Shown one piece after another: positions 13,211-37,780 of a DNA stretch of 64,000 nt. The stretch is from the human T2T-CHM13v2.0 reference genome, Homo sapiens: assembly GCF_009914755.1 (NCBI RefSeq), contig NC_060945.1; one strand, written 5' to 3'. Made by a program: the position numbers and the translations under genes. Position 1 is the first letter of the stretch. Every line of letters begins with the position of its first letter. Below the pieces are notes generated by a model. The model was given only the letters and a program-made list of their open reading frames with translations, searched no databases and was not told the origin of the DNA.

Positions 13211-14279
13211 TGGATCTTAGAAAAACATCCAAATTTGAAAGGATCATGCTTCCAGGCTTTCTCTTGTGCCTTTGTGGTGGTTGCCAAATACATTTATTTT
13301 CTGCCAAGAATGCACTACCTCTGCTAAAGTGTTTTCTAGCTATTTGTCTATTAGTATATTATTTTGCAATATATGCTATATCTTGCCACAATGCCAAGAA
13401 TTCTCCGACAATCTACAATTCTCTGAAGTTAAAGAAGATTATTAGATCTATCCATTACAGGCTGTCACATGTCTTCAACTTCTTCAAGCTAAGTTCAATC
13501 GCTGGCTCCACTGCAGTGCACAAAAAGCTCTAAAAAGCTCCAATTCAAGCCATAATTGGAGGTTTGGGCTCCAGCACAGTTGTCCAGATTTTCCAAATGT
13601 CCAGCTTGTGCATTCTGGTATAAATTCCAGAATGAAAAACATTCCACTGGATGAGGAATGTATCATAATGTGCAGAAACTAGTTTCTAGTCCATTTAGAC
13701 ACAAAAACAAGCTCGGAAGAGGAAAATCACAATCAGTTTCATTAGCATCAAATCATAAAACACAGCCATTTACAAAACTAGCTTCTCTCTCTTCCATTGG
13801 TCCAAAGAAGTATCCTGGGACAAGAGTGGTCTTGAAAAAAAAACCTAACCCTTCGGGATACCCAGAGATATTATTCATTTAAGTACATTGTATCTGGAGT
13901 TTTTTTTTTAAACTCATTGACATAATTCAAATTAATTTTTAAAAGTTCTCGGCTACTTCACACATACGCTATTGAAGCTATCGTCACACCATTATTGATA
14001 TTTTAATACATTTAACTGTTAGCTAACTGAATATTCACAGATATTATTAATACATACAACATGGGTGGCAAAACTTGTTTTTCCAGTCTCTTTATAACTT
14101 GCCTCATTTGTCATCAAATCCATGTGGAGTGAAAAATAAAAGCTCCCCAATCGATTTAATTTAATAAAGCTAAGAAATAGGTGGTGTCTTCCCGGGACTG
14201 TGTTGATGAAATTGACCCAACACTCAGTTCTAGCATTTCCTCTCCGAGAAGAGCTTAACTTTACTTAATAAGACAGAGA

Positions 14280-15185
14280 GGGGGAGGAGCCAAGATGGCC
14301 GAATAGGAACAGCTCCGGTCTACAGCTCCCAGAGTGAGCGACGCAGAAGACGGGTGATTTCTGCATTTCCATCTGAGGTACCGGGTTCATCTCACTAGGG
14401 AGTGCCAGACAGTGGGCGCAGGCCAGTGGGTGTGCGCACCGTGCGCGAGCCGAAGCAGGGCGAGGCATTGCCTCACCTGGGAAGCGCAAGGGGTCAGGGA
14501 GTTCCCTTTCCGAGTCAAAGAAAGGGGTGATGGACGCACCTGGAAAATCGGGTCACTCCCACCCGAATACTGCGCTTTTCAGACCGGCTTAAAAAACGGG
14601 GCACCATGAGACTATATCCCACACCTGGCTCGGAGGGTCCTACGCCCACGGAATCTCGCTGATTGCTAGCACAGCAGTCTGAGATCAAACTGCAAGGCAG
14701 CAGCTAGGCTGGGGGAGGGGAGCCCGCCATTGCCCAGGCTTGCTTAGGTAAACAAAGCAGCCGGGAAGCTCGAACTGGGTGGAGCCCACCACAGCTCAAG
14801 GAGGCCTGCCTGCCTCTGTAGGCTCCACCTCTGGGGGCAGGGCACAGACAAACAAAAAGACAGCAGTAACCTCTGCAGACTTAAATGTCCCTGTCTGACA
14901 GCTTTGAAGAGAGCAGTGGTTCTCCCAGCACGCAGCTGGAGATCTGAGAATGGGCAGACTACCTCCTCAAGTGGGTCCCTGACCCCTGACCCCCGAGCAG
15001 CCTAACTGGGAGGCACCCCCCAGCAGGGGCACACTGACACCTCACACGGCAGGGTATTCCAACAGACCTGCAGCTGAGGGTCCTGTCTGTTAGAAGGAAA
15101 ACTAACAAACAGAAAGGACATCCACACCAAAAACCCATCTGTACATCACCATCATCAAAGACCAAAAGTAGATAAAACCACAAAG
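14280..15185 (+). promoter_or_regulatory. L1 5'UTR internal sense promoter and antisense promoter, CpG-rich, intact YY1 site
   Basis: AAGATGGCC at ~14292 and many retained CpGs in 14300-14780. Promoter function is established knowledge of L1PA 5'UTRs. Confidence 0.8.
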
Positions 15186-16202
15186 ATGGGGAAAAAACAG
15201 AACAGAAAAACTGGAAACTCTAAAATGCAGAGCGCCTCTCCTCCTCCAAAGGAACGCAGTTCCTCACCAGCAACGGATCAAAGCTGGATGGAGAATGACT
15301 TTGACGAGCTGAGAGAAGAAGGTTTCAGACGATCAAATTACTCTGAGCTACGGGAGGACATTCAAACCAAAGGCAAAGAAGTTGAAAACTTTGAAAAAAA
15401 TTTAGAAGAATGTATAACTAGAATAACCAATACAGAGAAGTGCTTAAAGGAGCTGATGGAGCTGAAAACCAAGGCTCGAGAACTACGTGAAGAATGCAGA
15501 AGCCTCAGGAGCCGATGCGATCAACTGGAAGAAAGGGTATCAGCAATGGAAGATGAAATGAATGAAATGAAGCAAGAAGGGAAGGTTAGAGAAAAAAGAA
15601 TACAAAGAAATGAGCAAAGCCTCTAAGAAATATGGGACTATGTGAAAAGACCAAATCTACGTCTGATTGGTGTACCTGAAAATGATGCAGAGAATGGAAC
15701 CAAGTTGGAAAACACTCTACAGGATATTATCCAGGAGAACTTCCCCAATCTAGCAAGGCAGGCCAACGTTCAGATTCAGGAAATACAGAGAACGCCACAA
15801 AGATACTCCTCGAGAAGAGCAACTCCAAGACACATAATTGTCAGATTCACCAAGGTTGAAATGAAGGAAAAAATGTTAAGGGCAGCCAGAGAGAAAGGTC
15901 GGTTTACCCTCAAAGGGAAGCCCATCAGACTAACAGCGGATCTCTCGGCAGAAACCCTACAAGCCAGAAGAGAGTGGGGGCCAATATTCAACATTCTTAA
16001 AGAAAAGAATTTTCAACCCAGAATTTCATTTCCAGCCAAACTAAGCTTCATAAGTGAAGGAGAAATAAAATACTTTACAGACAAGCAAATGCTGAGAGAT
16101 TTTGTCACCACCAGGCCTGCCCTAAAAGAGCTCCTGAAGGAAGCGCTAAACATGGAAAGGAACAACCGGTACCAGCCACTGCAAAATCATGCCAAAATGT
16201 AA
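15186..16202 (+). pseudogene. L1 ORF1p (RNA-binding chaperone) with nonsense codon Q147*
   Basis: ORF track MGKKQNRK... stops at TAA 15624-15626 (CAA in the second L1). The same frame continues to ...QNHAKM* at 16202. Confidence 0.95.
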
Positions 16203-16265
16203 AGACCATTGAGACTAGGAAGAAACTGCATCAACTAACGAGCAAAATCACCAGCTAACATCATA

Positions 16266-20092
<3,827 letters not shown>

Positions 20093-20974
20093 ACAATGAG
20101 ATCACATGGTCACAGGAAGGGGAATATCACACTCTGGGGACTGTGGTGGGGTGGGGGGAGGGGGGAGGGGTAGCATTGGGAGATATACCTAATGCTAGAT
20201 GACGAGTTAGTGGGTGCAGCGCACCAGCATGGCACATGTATACATATGTAACTAACCTGCACAATGTGCACATGTACCCTAAAACTTAAAGTATAATAAT
20301 AAAAAAAAAAAAGACAGAGAAACACAACTTGCATGAACAAGCAAATACTCAGTTTGATTCAACAGTAAGAGAAACCTCCTGTAATAGAAGGTTCTTTATA
20401 TGTGGAATCCAGGCCTTGAGAAAAAGGAGGTAAGGTTGGAAACTGAGTTGCTGATACTTCTAGCAAGACCCTTTTAATGTGCCCGAATATTTACTCTACT
20501 AACAATAGCAAACGAGAGAACAAGAGCGTATAGGTAGTAGTGCTGCCTAATATAATGGGGTGACATGAGGACTTGGGTGTGTGCTTTCTGTCAGAGAAGC
20601 CCAGGGAATAGGAGTTTCAGCATTATATCTCAGACAACAGCAAACTTTGAGATCCCTTGCTGTACAGAGAAGGAAAGCAGAAACTCTATAGTAAGGCCTA
20701 ATAATTTGTGGTGTAAGCCAATAGTACATAATAAATGTATCCTTTATCAGAGCTCTATGATGGAAAGATGAGAATGTTTGAGAAAAAATAAATGAATACA
20801 TTTGGGAATTTATATTTTCTTTTGTCTCAGACACTGGATCTATCATGTGCACAGGGACACACGCATGCATACTCACACACATACAAACACAAGAATGCCT
20901 CATTAATATCTACCTGCATGCAAATCTATATTGTACAAATCCTGGTGATTACTTAAAAATAGCAATTACTCAGA

Positions 20975-21045
20975 TTTCACTATGTGCCAGATACCATTCT
21001 AAGTGATTTAGGTATATTAACTCAATCTTTACAACAACCTTATCA
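20975..21045 (-). mobile_element. MIR, left part (continues at 27458-27590)
   Basis: 'actatgtgccag..ttctaagtg..acaacaacctt' matches antisense MIR. Confidence 0.7.
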
Positions 21046-21057
21046 TGATCCTCAATT

Positions 21058-27457
<6,400 letters not shown>

Positions 27458-27590
27458 CATGATTCCCATTTTTTAGGCAACAAAACTAAGGCTCAAAGTG
27501 GTTAAGTCACTTATTCAAGTTCATACAACCAATAAGTAGAAAGTCAAGCTTTCTACTCAGAAGGCAGCCTCCAGGGTCTATACTCATGCC
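27458..27590 (-). mobile_element. MIR, right part
   Basis: 'cccatttt..aaaactaaggctcaaagtggttaagtcactt..caagttcatacaac' is the MIR core. Confidence 0.8.
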
Positions 27591-28039
27591 CACTATAATC
27601 TAAAAATCTCTCAGTATGAGAAACTTCTTCTAACCAAGATTGTGAAGTGACAGAAACATACTTCATACTTTTTTCCTCTTGGTAGTGGACCAGAATTAAG
27701 ACTGGGCTTTTCCTGTAATGGGCACCATTTCAGTGCCACAGTAACAGCCAGGATGTGGATTTCTACCTTCCTTCTTAGAGAGGGTGAGGACACTTCTGCA
27801 ATAATGGGACATGTCTGCATGAGATGCGTATTATTTTTGCTAGGTTGCACCATTGAAACAGGTTCTGAAAACAAGGAAGATCAGTGCCAAGATCCGTTTA
27901 AATTTCTATATATTCATCTGATTTAATCCTTAAAACTGTATCTGTCCTGCTGGAAAATTAGCTAATCAACTTAAGAGACTCCTCCCATCCCCTCTTCTCT
28001 TCTCAACCAACTCTAACTCTGTGGTTAAGTATGAAGCAC

Positions 28040-28175
28040 AGAAGGTTAAAAATCCTGGATTCTTTCCCTAGGTCTGCTACTGCATGACCTAGGTCAAATC
28101 ATTTAACCATCCCGTGCCTCAGCTTCATCATCTGTACATTATAGACTTCTTCCAGATCGAAAACTCTGATATTCT
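28040..28175 (+). mobile_element. MIR/MIR3 fragment
   Basis: 'tgacctaggtcaaatcatttaacc..gtgcctcagcttcatcatctgta'. Confidence 0.65.
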
Positions 28176-28865
28176 AGCTCACTGCATTCTGTGTGGACAT
28201 TTCTATAAATTCCATGAATATTCTAACAGAATAAGAAAAACTTCATGAGAATAGGGACCATAATCATCTTAAACACCATTGCACATGCAAAACTTAGCAT
28301 TTAATATGTGACCTTTAAATATTTGTTGAAATTCAGAAATGTAAAAATATTCCACAAATGTAAACACACAAAAACAAAAACTAAATGTCTCAGAAAGAAG
28401 CCCTACATTTGGATCAGTAAATGGGGGAATAGCCAGACATATTTAATGTATAATTTAGACATTTTTGGAGAAAGACCTGCTAATGAGCCCCTTCTTTCAG
28501 AGATTTAACTTTTCAAAGCTTGCAAAAACATTTTCTCCTCCTGCAGTTTTAAATGTAATTCATTATAAGCTGAAAGTTGTCAATAAATGTATCTAATGCA
28601 CATAAGAAAAGTGCTATTACAGCATCATTGTCCTTACTCCTATAGCCCAGCCTCACCTAATATAATGGAAAACTAAAATGCTATCTAGACTTATGCATTA
28701 TCTTGTCAGGAAGCACCTTTGTCTCACTGGTACCTGTACTTCGTAGCACGTCACCCAATTTGATATGCCAACATTAAACTTGGGCACACATACATATTCA
28801 CATTTAATAGTATCTTTATCTTGGGAATTCAAAATAACCAATTATGGAATGCTATGGAATCTTGA

Positions 28866-29224
<359 letters not shown>

Positions 29225-29259
29225 AGCAAATTTTTAATTTTCTATTTCATTTTATTTTT

Positions 29260-29326
29260 TAGTTTGGAAAGGAGAGCTTTATTTCCTATAAAGGGTTGCA
29301 GCCTGCAGGGTGGCCATCCTTGGCAG
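29260..29326. mobile_element. Possible short ERV1-class LTR fragment
   Basis: 'ggaaaggagagctttatttcctataaagggttgcagcctgcagggtggccat' resembles a recalled LTR segment. Family not resolved. Confidence 0.3.
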
Positions 29327-29894
29327 ATATTTTGAAACTGAAATTATTAACTTGAGTTTATTAATAACTTGGTGATAATGGCCAGGGGCTCCATTAAGTT
29401 GTACCTAAGGGGAAAAGATAGTGAAGAGGCAAAATTAAGAGGCTGCTATAGTCATGCTCTCATGAAACTTGCAATCTACTCTTTGAGCCAGAAATAATAC
29501 AGAGAGAGGTAGAACAGGATAAACGTGGTTATGCAGTGCTCATTTCATTGAAGCACAGGGAAAATAAATAATTTAAATGAGCTGGGTAGGTTTAAATAAA
29601 AAAGGTATAAAGAAGTGGTTCTTGAGTTTTTCCTTGGATAGGAGAAGCCAAATAAGAAAGACATAAGGTTGACAGTGGGAGTGGTATTGGGGTAGGTGAA
29701 AGGCAGAACCTCAATTCCACCATAAATGGTGATAAAATGTAAGTCCATCAGTTACATAGTAAAGAAAAATTATGGCAAAGTTTTATACCAGCCCTTAAGG
29801 AAGCTAAGCTGCAGAAAAGATACAGAGAAGACAAATCATATTTCACCTAATATGTCCTAAAACACTTTACAGCTTTTAGGGGCACAGTTGAAGA

Positions 29895-30035
29895 CCATTG
29901 ATCTAATCCAATGTTTTCATTTTAATCATGAGAAAACTGAGTCCCAAAGATGTTAACTGATTCCTCTAAGGTCACGTGGTAGCTTTAATGGCCAAGACAG
30001 GACTGGAATCTAGATCATTCTATTACATCACTGCA
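29895..30035 (-). mobile_element. MIR fragment
   Basis: 'catttt..atgagaaaactgagtcccaaagatgttaactga..aaggtcac'. Confidence 0.7.
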
Positions 30036-32091
30036 TTTCCTGAGTTTCATTTTAGCATGAATATTCTCCCTTGCCACATACTTATCATAAAATAACAAGA
30101 TCCCATTATTCTCATCCTGACCTTACTGTGTCCATGTCTGCCTGAGTTGCTAATAAATAACAAAAGTTGTTTCCAGATTTGAATAGGCCCTAGTAGAGAA
30201 TAGTGCTTAGAGATGTATCAGCAAACTCACAGGGGGTAGGGGTAGGGATTGGACAAGAAGAAGTCAGTGTTTACACAATTGAGCATAGCTTTTACTGTTG
30301 ACTGGACAGCTGTTCCGTCTAGAGCTTCTTAACCCAGAAAATTACTCAATTATCAAAAGGGCACATTGATTCACCAGCTGTACATTGCTAAGACTTTCTA
30401 ATATTTAAAAGTCATAAAGGTTACCACACTTCAAAAGATGTTATTGAATGTTACTATTGCTTCACAGAAATTGATCTGTCACTATTTATTCAACTATTCA
30501 TTCAGTTGAACTCAGTGAAGAGAACCTCACTGCACTGTAAATATTTAAATGGCTCTTGTTGGAGACAAAGTGAATAAGCCTAAGTAGGCTGGGAGCAGCA
30601 CTGGCTCAATCTGAGAACAAATATTCCGAATAAAGAGCCCAACTTTGCATCCAGGATGCCAGCCTCAAGCAGCTCTATTATCAAGAACACCTTCCAAGTT
30701 CACATTGTCTGTGCTTGAGACATACGGATGTCCCATTTTAAACTTAACAAATAAAAGTACTAAGAAAGTGGTGAGAGGAGTGTAGAGGAAAATAATAAAC
30801 TCCTAATTCTTCCTAAATCTGAAGCATTAGGAAATAAAGTAACAAACCAGTTTTCCTTTCTGACCTCAAGCAAATGATTGACTTTAGAGCCCACAATGAC
30901 CTGCTTAGAGCTATTTAGAGTGTCAAGGGCCACCTAGTTTCATGTCGTTGAACAGGTAACAAAGCGCAGGAAAGGAGAGGCTTGGGTACTGGGGGATAAA
31001 GTTTGTATCAAATTGCATCCTGAAATCTCAGCCTTTTCCAAACAAATGTAAATACTTAGCTGCATCTGAATCATTCATTTTGAAAACCCAACAGACCTTT
31101 TCCTGCGCAAGCAGGAGAGATTAAAGCAACAATACCAGATGCTTTGCTCAACTGATTTCCTAGATTGAGCTGACAAAACTATTCTTGTAGAAATCTAGTC
31201 TTGCCTCCTTTCACTTACAGAACTGAAATGCCTCTGTAGGTTATGGAGCAAAAGAAACCCAGTGGAAGGGCTAGAGAAATCCTACTAGAGGTGACATACC
31301 TAGAGCTGAAAGGTCTGAGTTAGGACCACATATTGATTGGCTTTATTGATGGTATGATAATTTTCAGGTTTAGTTTAGCTCTTCATCTGCCCATGACCAA
31401 CTTTACCTGTGACTGTGGCTCTTCACCACACTGCCACCAACCCACTTGGCCTTCATGTGGTTACACAAATGGAATGGAAGGTCCTAGGTTTTCTTTAACT
31501 GTATTCACTTACTCATTTATTAAATCACTGAATCTCTTACTCTTGCATCCCCATTTATTCAGCCAACAAGCCTTAATGAGTAGAAAAGGCAGGCATGATG
31601 CTATAATGGAGATGAGAAAGATAAAACGCTTTGCACAGCTAGGTGGTACTTGCCTTGCCAGAGATGGAGAAGGAGACTGGGGGCAGACTGGACTATCTGT
31701 AACTTTGGTTAGGAGAGCTGGAAGCCTCCACTGGATCACTGGCCTTGAGAAGTGGTAGAGGAACAAGACAGGAATTAATCAGGAGGAAGGGGCATTCCAC
31801 ATAGAGGGAATGGTAGCTATGAAGGCAAATAAGCACTGAAGGTCTTGCTATGCTTGGGGAAGGGTGGAAAGTTCCATATGCCTGGAGAGTAGGCAGAGAT
31901 GAAAGGAAAGGCACAAGGAGTGGCCAGGGGGTTGAAAGAATTAAGACTGGTGAAATAAGTCACCGTCTAAGGGTGATATGTTTTCACCTCCATCACTCCT
32001 CTGAAACTGCTTTTGCCAAAATTACCAATAAACCTTATTACAACGGAATACATGGGTAATTTTCAGGCCTCATTTTACTTATCATCTAGGC

Positions 32092-32989
32092 TAGTATTGT
32101 ACCAAAGGGTGGGAGATGAGAGTTCACGTCAGGTGCAGGCAACAGGGAGTACATTGTCCCCAAACGATTTAAAGACAGTAATAAAAACTGACAAAAATTG
32201 ATCGGCTTTCTATTATCACAATGCACCAGCAATTCCAAACAATGTTAGTATAAAAAACTCCTCTCGAAACCCTTTGGTTGATCTTAGTTCTAATCAATTG
32301 CTATGCTTACTGTTACATTTTAGTAATATAATTATATGCATATATTATGTCATGTTGTATGGGTATGTATGCCAACTTCAAATAAGAACACTTGTATTAC
32401 TTATCCTTTAATAAACATCATATATACCTGAAAGCTATTCTCAGGAGTTTGCAGTTACATAGTCTACTCCAGACACACATGGACTTAGCACGCGTGTTCA
32501 TTTCAAAAGTAAATTCATAATGATTCAGAGTCAGTCAAGCTTGCTTTGAGCAGTTAACGTTTCCATCTCTGTACTACACACCCTGTTGTAAACATGCTAT
32601 GTTTAATCAGGAGATTCAAAATAAACAATGACAGCACAGAGACTGTAAAGACAAAGAAACAAAAATTGAGTTATTTTAATTCTGTCATTGTGTTACCACT
32701 AGGAGTTTTTATTTGTATTTAAAATTGAAAACAGTGAAAGAGTGCAAACTGTGAGATGTTCATTATTGAGTTGGTTGTTAAGCACAGATTTTAATTCACA
32801 CGTGAAATAATGTACTGAATCTGAATAATATCCTTAAAATTGAAATTCATTCTTTTTAAATTGTACTCATTTTAAAATTAAATAACAAATCAAGAAAACA
32901 AAGATGGTTGCATGATGATAATTGAAAACAGTTTCACCATAAGGTGGAGAGAGTTGCTCTGGGTGTCAACCACACCAGGTGCACCACAG
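32092..32989. mobile_element. Arthur1/MER69-like (hAT-Tip100) non-autonomous DNA transposon
   Basis: Ends 'tagtattgtaccaa' and 'ggtgcaccacag', internal 'ggtgcaggcaa..cattgtc..taataaaaactgac'. Degenerate 8-bp TSD ATCTAGGC (32084-32091) / ATTAAGGC (32990-32997). Confidence 0.65.
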
Positions 32990-33743
32990 ATTAAGGCTGC
33001 ATACAAGCCTTGTGCTCACTCCATCCTTCTCTGAACACTCTTTTCCTTTGGTTTTCATGAAACATGCTCTCCCAACTTTTTCCTAGCTAGTAGTCTCTCC
33101 AGCAGTGTTCACACCTCCTCATCCCTGAAAACATCATATTTCTCAGTGTTCTGTGCTAGCTAGGTCGTCATCTGTTCTTAACCTACAAGGCTTCTGAACG
33201 ATCTGGCTTCAATAACCAACTGTATGCTGACGACTCTCAAATCTATTCCTTAGCTCAAATCTCTCTCCCGAAATAAGCTGTTTACCTAACTCTCTACTGA
33301 GCATCTTCTTTTGAACATAACTTAGACATCTCCAATCCAATTGTCTGAAACTGAGTTCATTAACTTCACCTCCTCCTTGATCGGTCTGGTAAACTAGGAA
33401 CCATCCTTGATTCACCCTTTTCCTTCCTCACCCCTTGGCCTCTCAATCACCCAGGCTGACAAATATCTCTCCTAAATATCCCTTATCTGCTTCTTTGTTG
33501 TCACAACCATTACGCTGGCTACACCACCACTCTCCTGCATAGCTCCAATAGTCATTTTCTACATTGTAGACAGAGCTCTTTCTGAAGAGTAAATTGGATC
33601 ACATCACCAACCTGCTTAGCACTGTTTAATAACTTCCATAGTCTTTATTTACAAGACAGAGGTAAAGAGGTCTCCTTTTACCTTTACAGCCTTATCTCTG
33701 AGCCACTGTAATCTTACTTCAGTTCTTTTAATATGTTTCAGGT

Positions 33744-34034
33744 GGCCAGGCGCAGTGGCTCACGCTTGTAATCCCAGCACTTTGGAAGATGGAGACGGGC
33801 AGATTACCTGAGGTCAGGAGTTCAAGACCAGCCTGGTCAACATGGCAAAACCCCGTCTCTACTAAAAATGCAAAAATTAGCCAGATGTGGTGGTGCTCAC
33901 CTGTAGTCCAAGCTACTCAGGAGGCTGACACAGAAGAATTGCTTGAACCCGGGAGGCGGAAGTTTCAGTGAGCCGAGATCGCGCCACTGCATGCACTCCA
34001 GCCTGGGCAACAGAGCAAGACTCCGTCTCAAAAA

Positions 34035-34069
<35 letters not shown>

Positions 34070-34070
34070 A
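33744..34070 (+). mobile_element. AluS with (TAAA)n microsatellite tail
   Basis: Full Alu. TSD ATGTTTCAGGT at 33733-33743 and 34071-34081. Confidence 0.95.
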
Positions 34071-35515
34071 ATGTTTCAGGTTCTCTCTTGTCTCCAAACC
34101 ATTGCTAATGCTATTTCCATGTCTGATGTTCCAAGGAAAATATTATTTCCTCTAGAAAGCCCGACTGCCTCTCAGATTTGTTAGGTGCTTTCCTACTGCA
34201 CCCTGTCAGAGCACAAAATGGTAATCGCAGTTTGTCTGTCCCCCTTATTAGTCTTTAAGCGAATTAGACTTTAAATTCTAAAAGCAGCTATCAGATCTGT
34301 CTTGGTCCTCATTGTATTCCTAGGACCTTGCTGTAGAGTGGGTGCTAATAAATATTTTTGTTAAGTGAATGAATGTATGTATGAATTGCTTTGGCTCTAA
34401 CTGGAATTTGTCTATACCATGGATCGTGGATGCTTTGTCTATGGCTTATAATATCAATTGTTCCATTTTGACTTATTTCATTCCTAGAAAATTTGTCCTA
34501 TGCTTTGTTATTTATAATCACATTAATGATTTATTTCAGAATATACTGTAATATAAAAAATGATGCATGCTAAATAAAATCTGGCAGGTTTTTTTTTTTC
34601 CCCACCATTAGGAAGGAAATGGAGGTGTAAATACATTTAAAATTCACCATGGGGTGATGGAATGCACGACTTTTGGGCAACCTTAAAACTGTCCTTTCAA
34701 TTTTAAATCCACACACCAACAGAGGGGATAATTTTAAGTCTCTCTTTGTTGAGAGCTTCAGGGGAGAGTGTGTAGAGTGGATTTTTTCTGATTCAAAATG
34801 AAGAGATACATGAAAACTACCAAAGTCAAGGCACTTCATAGAGAAAAGTATGATGCTTTCATTGCTGAAGAGACCCAACTAAAGTCTAATGCAGAGGATG
34901 AGAAAGAAAGAGGGCTTGTCATATTCTTCAGCCAGCACAACCTTCCCTTCATGTTTACATCAACAGCAGTGGTGCCTCCCGGTCTGATGTTTACATAAAG
35001 CTGAGAGTCAACTGGATACCCTGGCTCCATGCTGGCCCAAGGCAGAGCTGACCACAGCAGGTAACAGGCACCTGGACGGGGCTCCCCATGGGCCATCAGG
35101 GGTTCTCATCAGCTTCTCTTAGCCGGCAGATTTTGAACAGTGGGTATGTTCCAAATGTGTCAGGGCATATTTTTCAAACATCACTGCAGATTCATTCGTT
35201 ATGTCTTGCCTTTTTTTAGACCTTGACAATAAAGGGACAGTTTTAACCAAGGAAGGGAAAGAGAAGCTCGTGCACACTGATATTTTATGACATGCTAGGA
35301 TCCACAGTGAGATTAACCTATTTCTTTGAGATCTTTGGGGTCCTATTTTCTCTGACTCCTCATTATTTTCCTTTCCAAGACAGCAATTACATCTTCAAAG
35401 GAGGAAGATTCACACCACACTTTCATGTTTATGTGCTCTGAATTCCTATGTATTTCAAAGTGTATACCTTAAGGTAAACTTTGAAAAAACACAGGCCACT
35501 GTATTCTGCTCCAGT

Positions 35516-35520
<5 letters not shown>

Positions 35521-35554
<34 letters not shown>
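35521..35554. repeat. (GT)17 microsatellite
   Basis: Perfect dinucleotide run read directly. Confidence 0.98.
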
Positions 35555-35555
<1 letters not shown>

Positions 35556-35795
35556 TCAACTTAGAATATGCACACCTCAAGCACAAGAATCTTCTCTTTG
35601 CTTTATTATTCTCCACAGGAAATACTTGATACTAAAATTTTCACATGCACATAAAAAAGACAAAGATCTGTAACATATTTTGTGCATGTTTAGTGAAGCC
35701 TGCACTTACCCTAGGAAGACATTTAGAGGAACAGAATTTAGAGAATTAAAATGGACTTTTTCGTATTTCATTATTTCCCATGTAGTAGCAAGTAA

Positions 35796-36282
35796 TGTAT
35801 TACATTCTTAGGGCTTCTGTAAAAAATCACCATAAACTTGGTGGCTTAAAACAATAGAAATTTATTCTCTCACTGTTCTGGAGACCAGAAGTCCAAAATC
35901 AGTTACACGGGGCCAAAATCAAGATGTCTGCAGGGACACATTCCTTCCAGATGCTCTCAGAGAGAACCTGTTCCCAGCTTCTCCCAGCTTCTGGTGGCTG
36001 CCAACGTGTCTTGGCTTGTGGCCCCATCACTCCAATGTCTGCCTCTGTGGTCACATTGCTTTTTTCTCTGCTGTCTGTGTCAAGTCTCCCTGCTGCCTCT
36101 CTCTCATAAAGACTTGTAATTGCATTTGGTACCTGTCTGAATAATCCATGGTAATCTTCCCATCTGAAACTCTTAACCTTAATCATATCTACAAACAATA
36201 TTTTACCATCTAAGGTAACAGTCACAGGTTCCAGGTATTAAGAGATGGACATCCATTTAAGGACTATATTCAGCCTACCACA
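35796..36282 (-). mobile_element. MaLR solo LTR (MLT1C/D-like)
   Basis: TG...CA ends, 'aaacttggtggcttaaaacaatagaaatttattctctcac', 'taaggtaacagtcacaggttccagg', 'attcagcctaccaca'. Confidence 0.85.
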
Positions 36283-36589
36283 GGTGGTGAAGGCATTGTC
36301 TTAATAAAAACAAATTTCCTCTGGGGTGCAAGCAAGCCAAGGGAAACAGAAGATAAGAAGTACAAGCTGTGATAGAAAGAACTGCCCTCAATAAAAATTT
36401 CATGCTGACCCTGTAATTCAGAAATCAATGCAAAAATAAGCTCCTGACTCTGGAAGAGGATTGTGTTTCAAAATTTTGTGAGTCGGTTGTTTAAAGTTGG
36501 GATCTTACATCACTTTTCTATAGAAATAATAATACTTAAGACAATTTTGATTCTAGTGAGCCACTAAAGCTAATTAGACATAACTGAGG

Positions 36590-36865
36590 TATAGAAATAG
36601 TTTACTTTTGTCTTCTAAGAATCTATTCTATGGAAATAATCAGAATGCAAAAACTCAAAATGTGTTGTGAAGATGTTTTTAGCCACATTATGTACCATAG
36701 CATAAAAAAAGATAGAAGGGAGAACTTAAATATGCAACAACATGGAAAGGTTTATGCAAATTATAGAATATCCACATGATGGAATGTTATGCAACCATAT
36801 TAAGTTGAGGTAAAATTGTTAAAGACATGAGAAAATGTGCATACAACACTGAAGTGAAATATTGA
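36590..36865 (+). mobile_element. L1ME 3' fragment (continues ~37290-37550)
   Basis: 'aatctattctatggaaataat', 'tatccacatgatggaatgttatgcaacc'. Confidence 0.55.
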
Positions 36866-36869
36866 CAAT

Positions 36870-37285
36870 ATTTTTTGCTCGTGAATCTGTGATTTGGACA
36901 GAGCTCAGTAGGGACAGCTTTTCTCTTCTCCACTTGGCATCAACTACAGCAGCTCAGAGGCTGGAATCATCTGAAGGCTCACTCACTCATATGTCCAGCA
37001 ATGGATACCGCTGTCAGAACACCTACACCTAGGCTTTCAATGTGACCTTGCCTTCCTCACAACACAGTGGCTGGGTTCCAAGAATCGTGTCCCAAGAATG
37101 AAAGCCAGACAGAACCGTATCACCTTTCATGACCTGACCATTAAAGCCAGGTAATGCCACTTTTGTCACCTTGCATTCACCAAGGCAGTCCCAAGGCCTG
37201 GCCAGTTCTAGATGGAGGTAAAATATGACCCCACCCCTTATACAGAGGCAAGGTTCTGACACTAGAAATATTGTCTGGTCATTTT
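36870..37285 (-). mobile_element. MaLR LTR fragment (MLT1G/H-like)
   Basis: 'ggctggaatcatctgaaggctcactcactcatatgtc', 'cttcctcacaaca'. Confidence 0.7.
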
Positions 37286-37579
37286 TGGAAAATAGAGCCT
37301 CTCACACAACGACACAAGCTATATACAAAGCATAATTCTGATAATGTTAAACACAAAATCGTAATTACTAAACACATAACTAAACACATAAACACATTAG
37401 AAGGAAGTAGTAATATTTTATATAAATATAAATAACTAATTTTCTTTCTATCTTGGTGGTAGAACTATGGGTCATTTTTATTCTCCATGTGCTTTTTGGA
37501 ATTCATTATAAATTTTAGCATCAAATATATTTGCTGTGAGTGAAAATACAAACTGACTTATTAGAACAGAGAGCATGTG

Positions 37580-37780
37580 AACAGCACTTAATACATCACC
37601 CTTATATGTAATATATTATGTAATCCTGGCAATAATCTGGTGGGCAAAGGAGACAAAACTCATTTTCAGGCCAAGAATCTGAGACTCAGACAAGCTTACT
37701 GCTAGTTTGTGGTGGATCTGGACCTCGAATACCAGGCTTTTGACTCCAAAGTCTTGTTTCCTAGTGTATTCTCGTTCCAT
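37580..37780 (-). mobile_element. MIR fragment
   Basis: 'cattttcag..ctgagactcaga..tgactccaaagtc'. Confidence 0.55.

Larger units (their letters stand above)
31960..34375 (+). mobile_element. L2 remnant split by an Arthur1 element and an Alu
   Basis: L2 phrases 'cactcctctgaaactgcttttgccaa', 'tatgctgacgactctcaaatcta', and 3' end 'ataaatattt..gaatgaatg' at ~34350-34375. Confidence 0.7.
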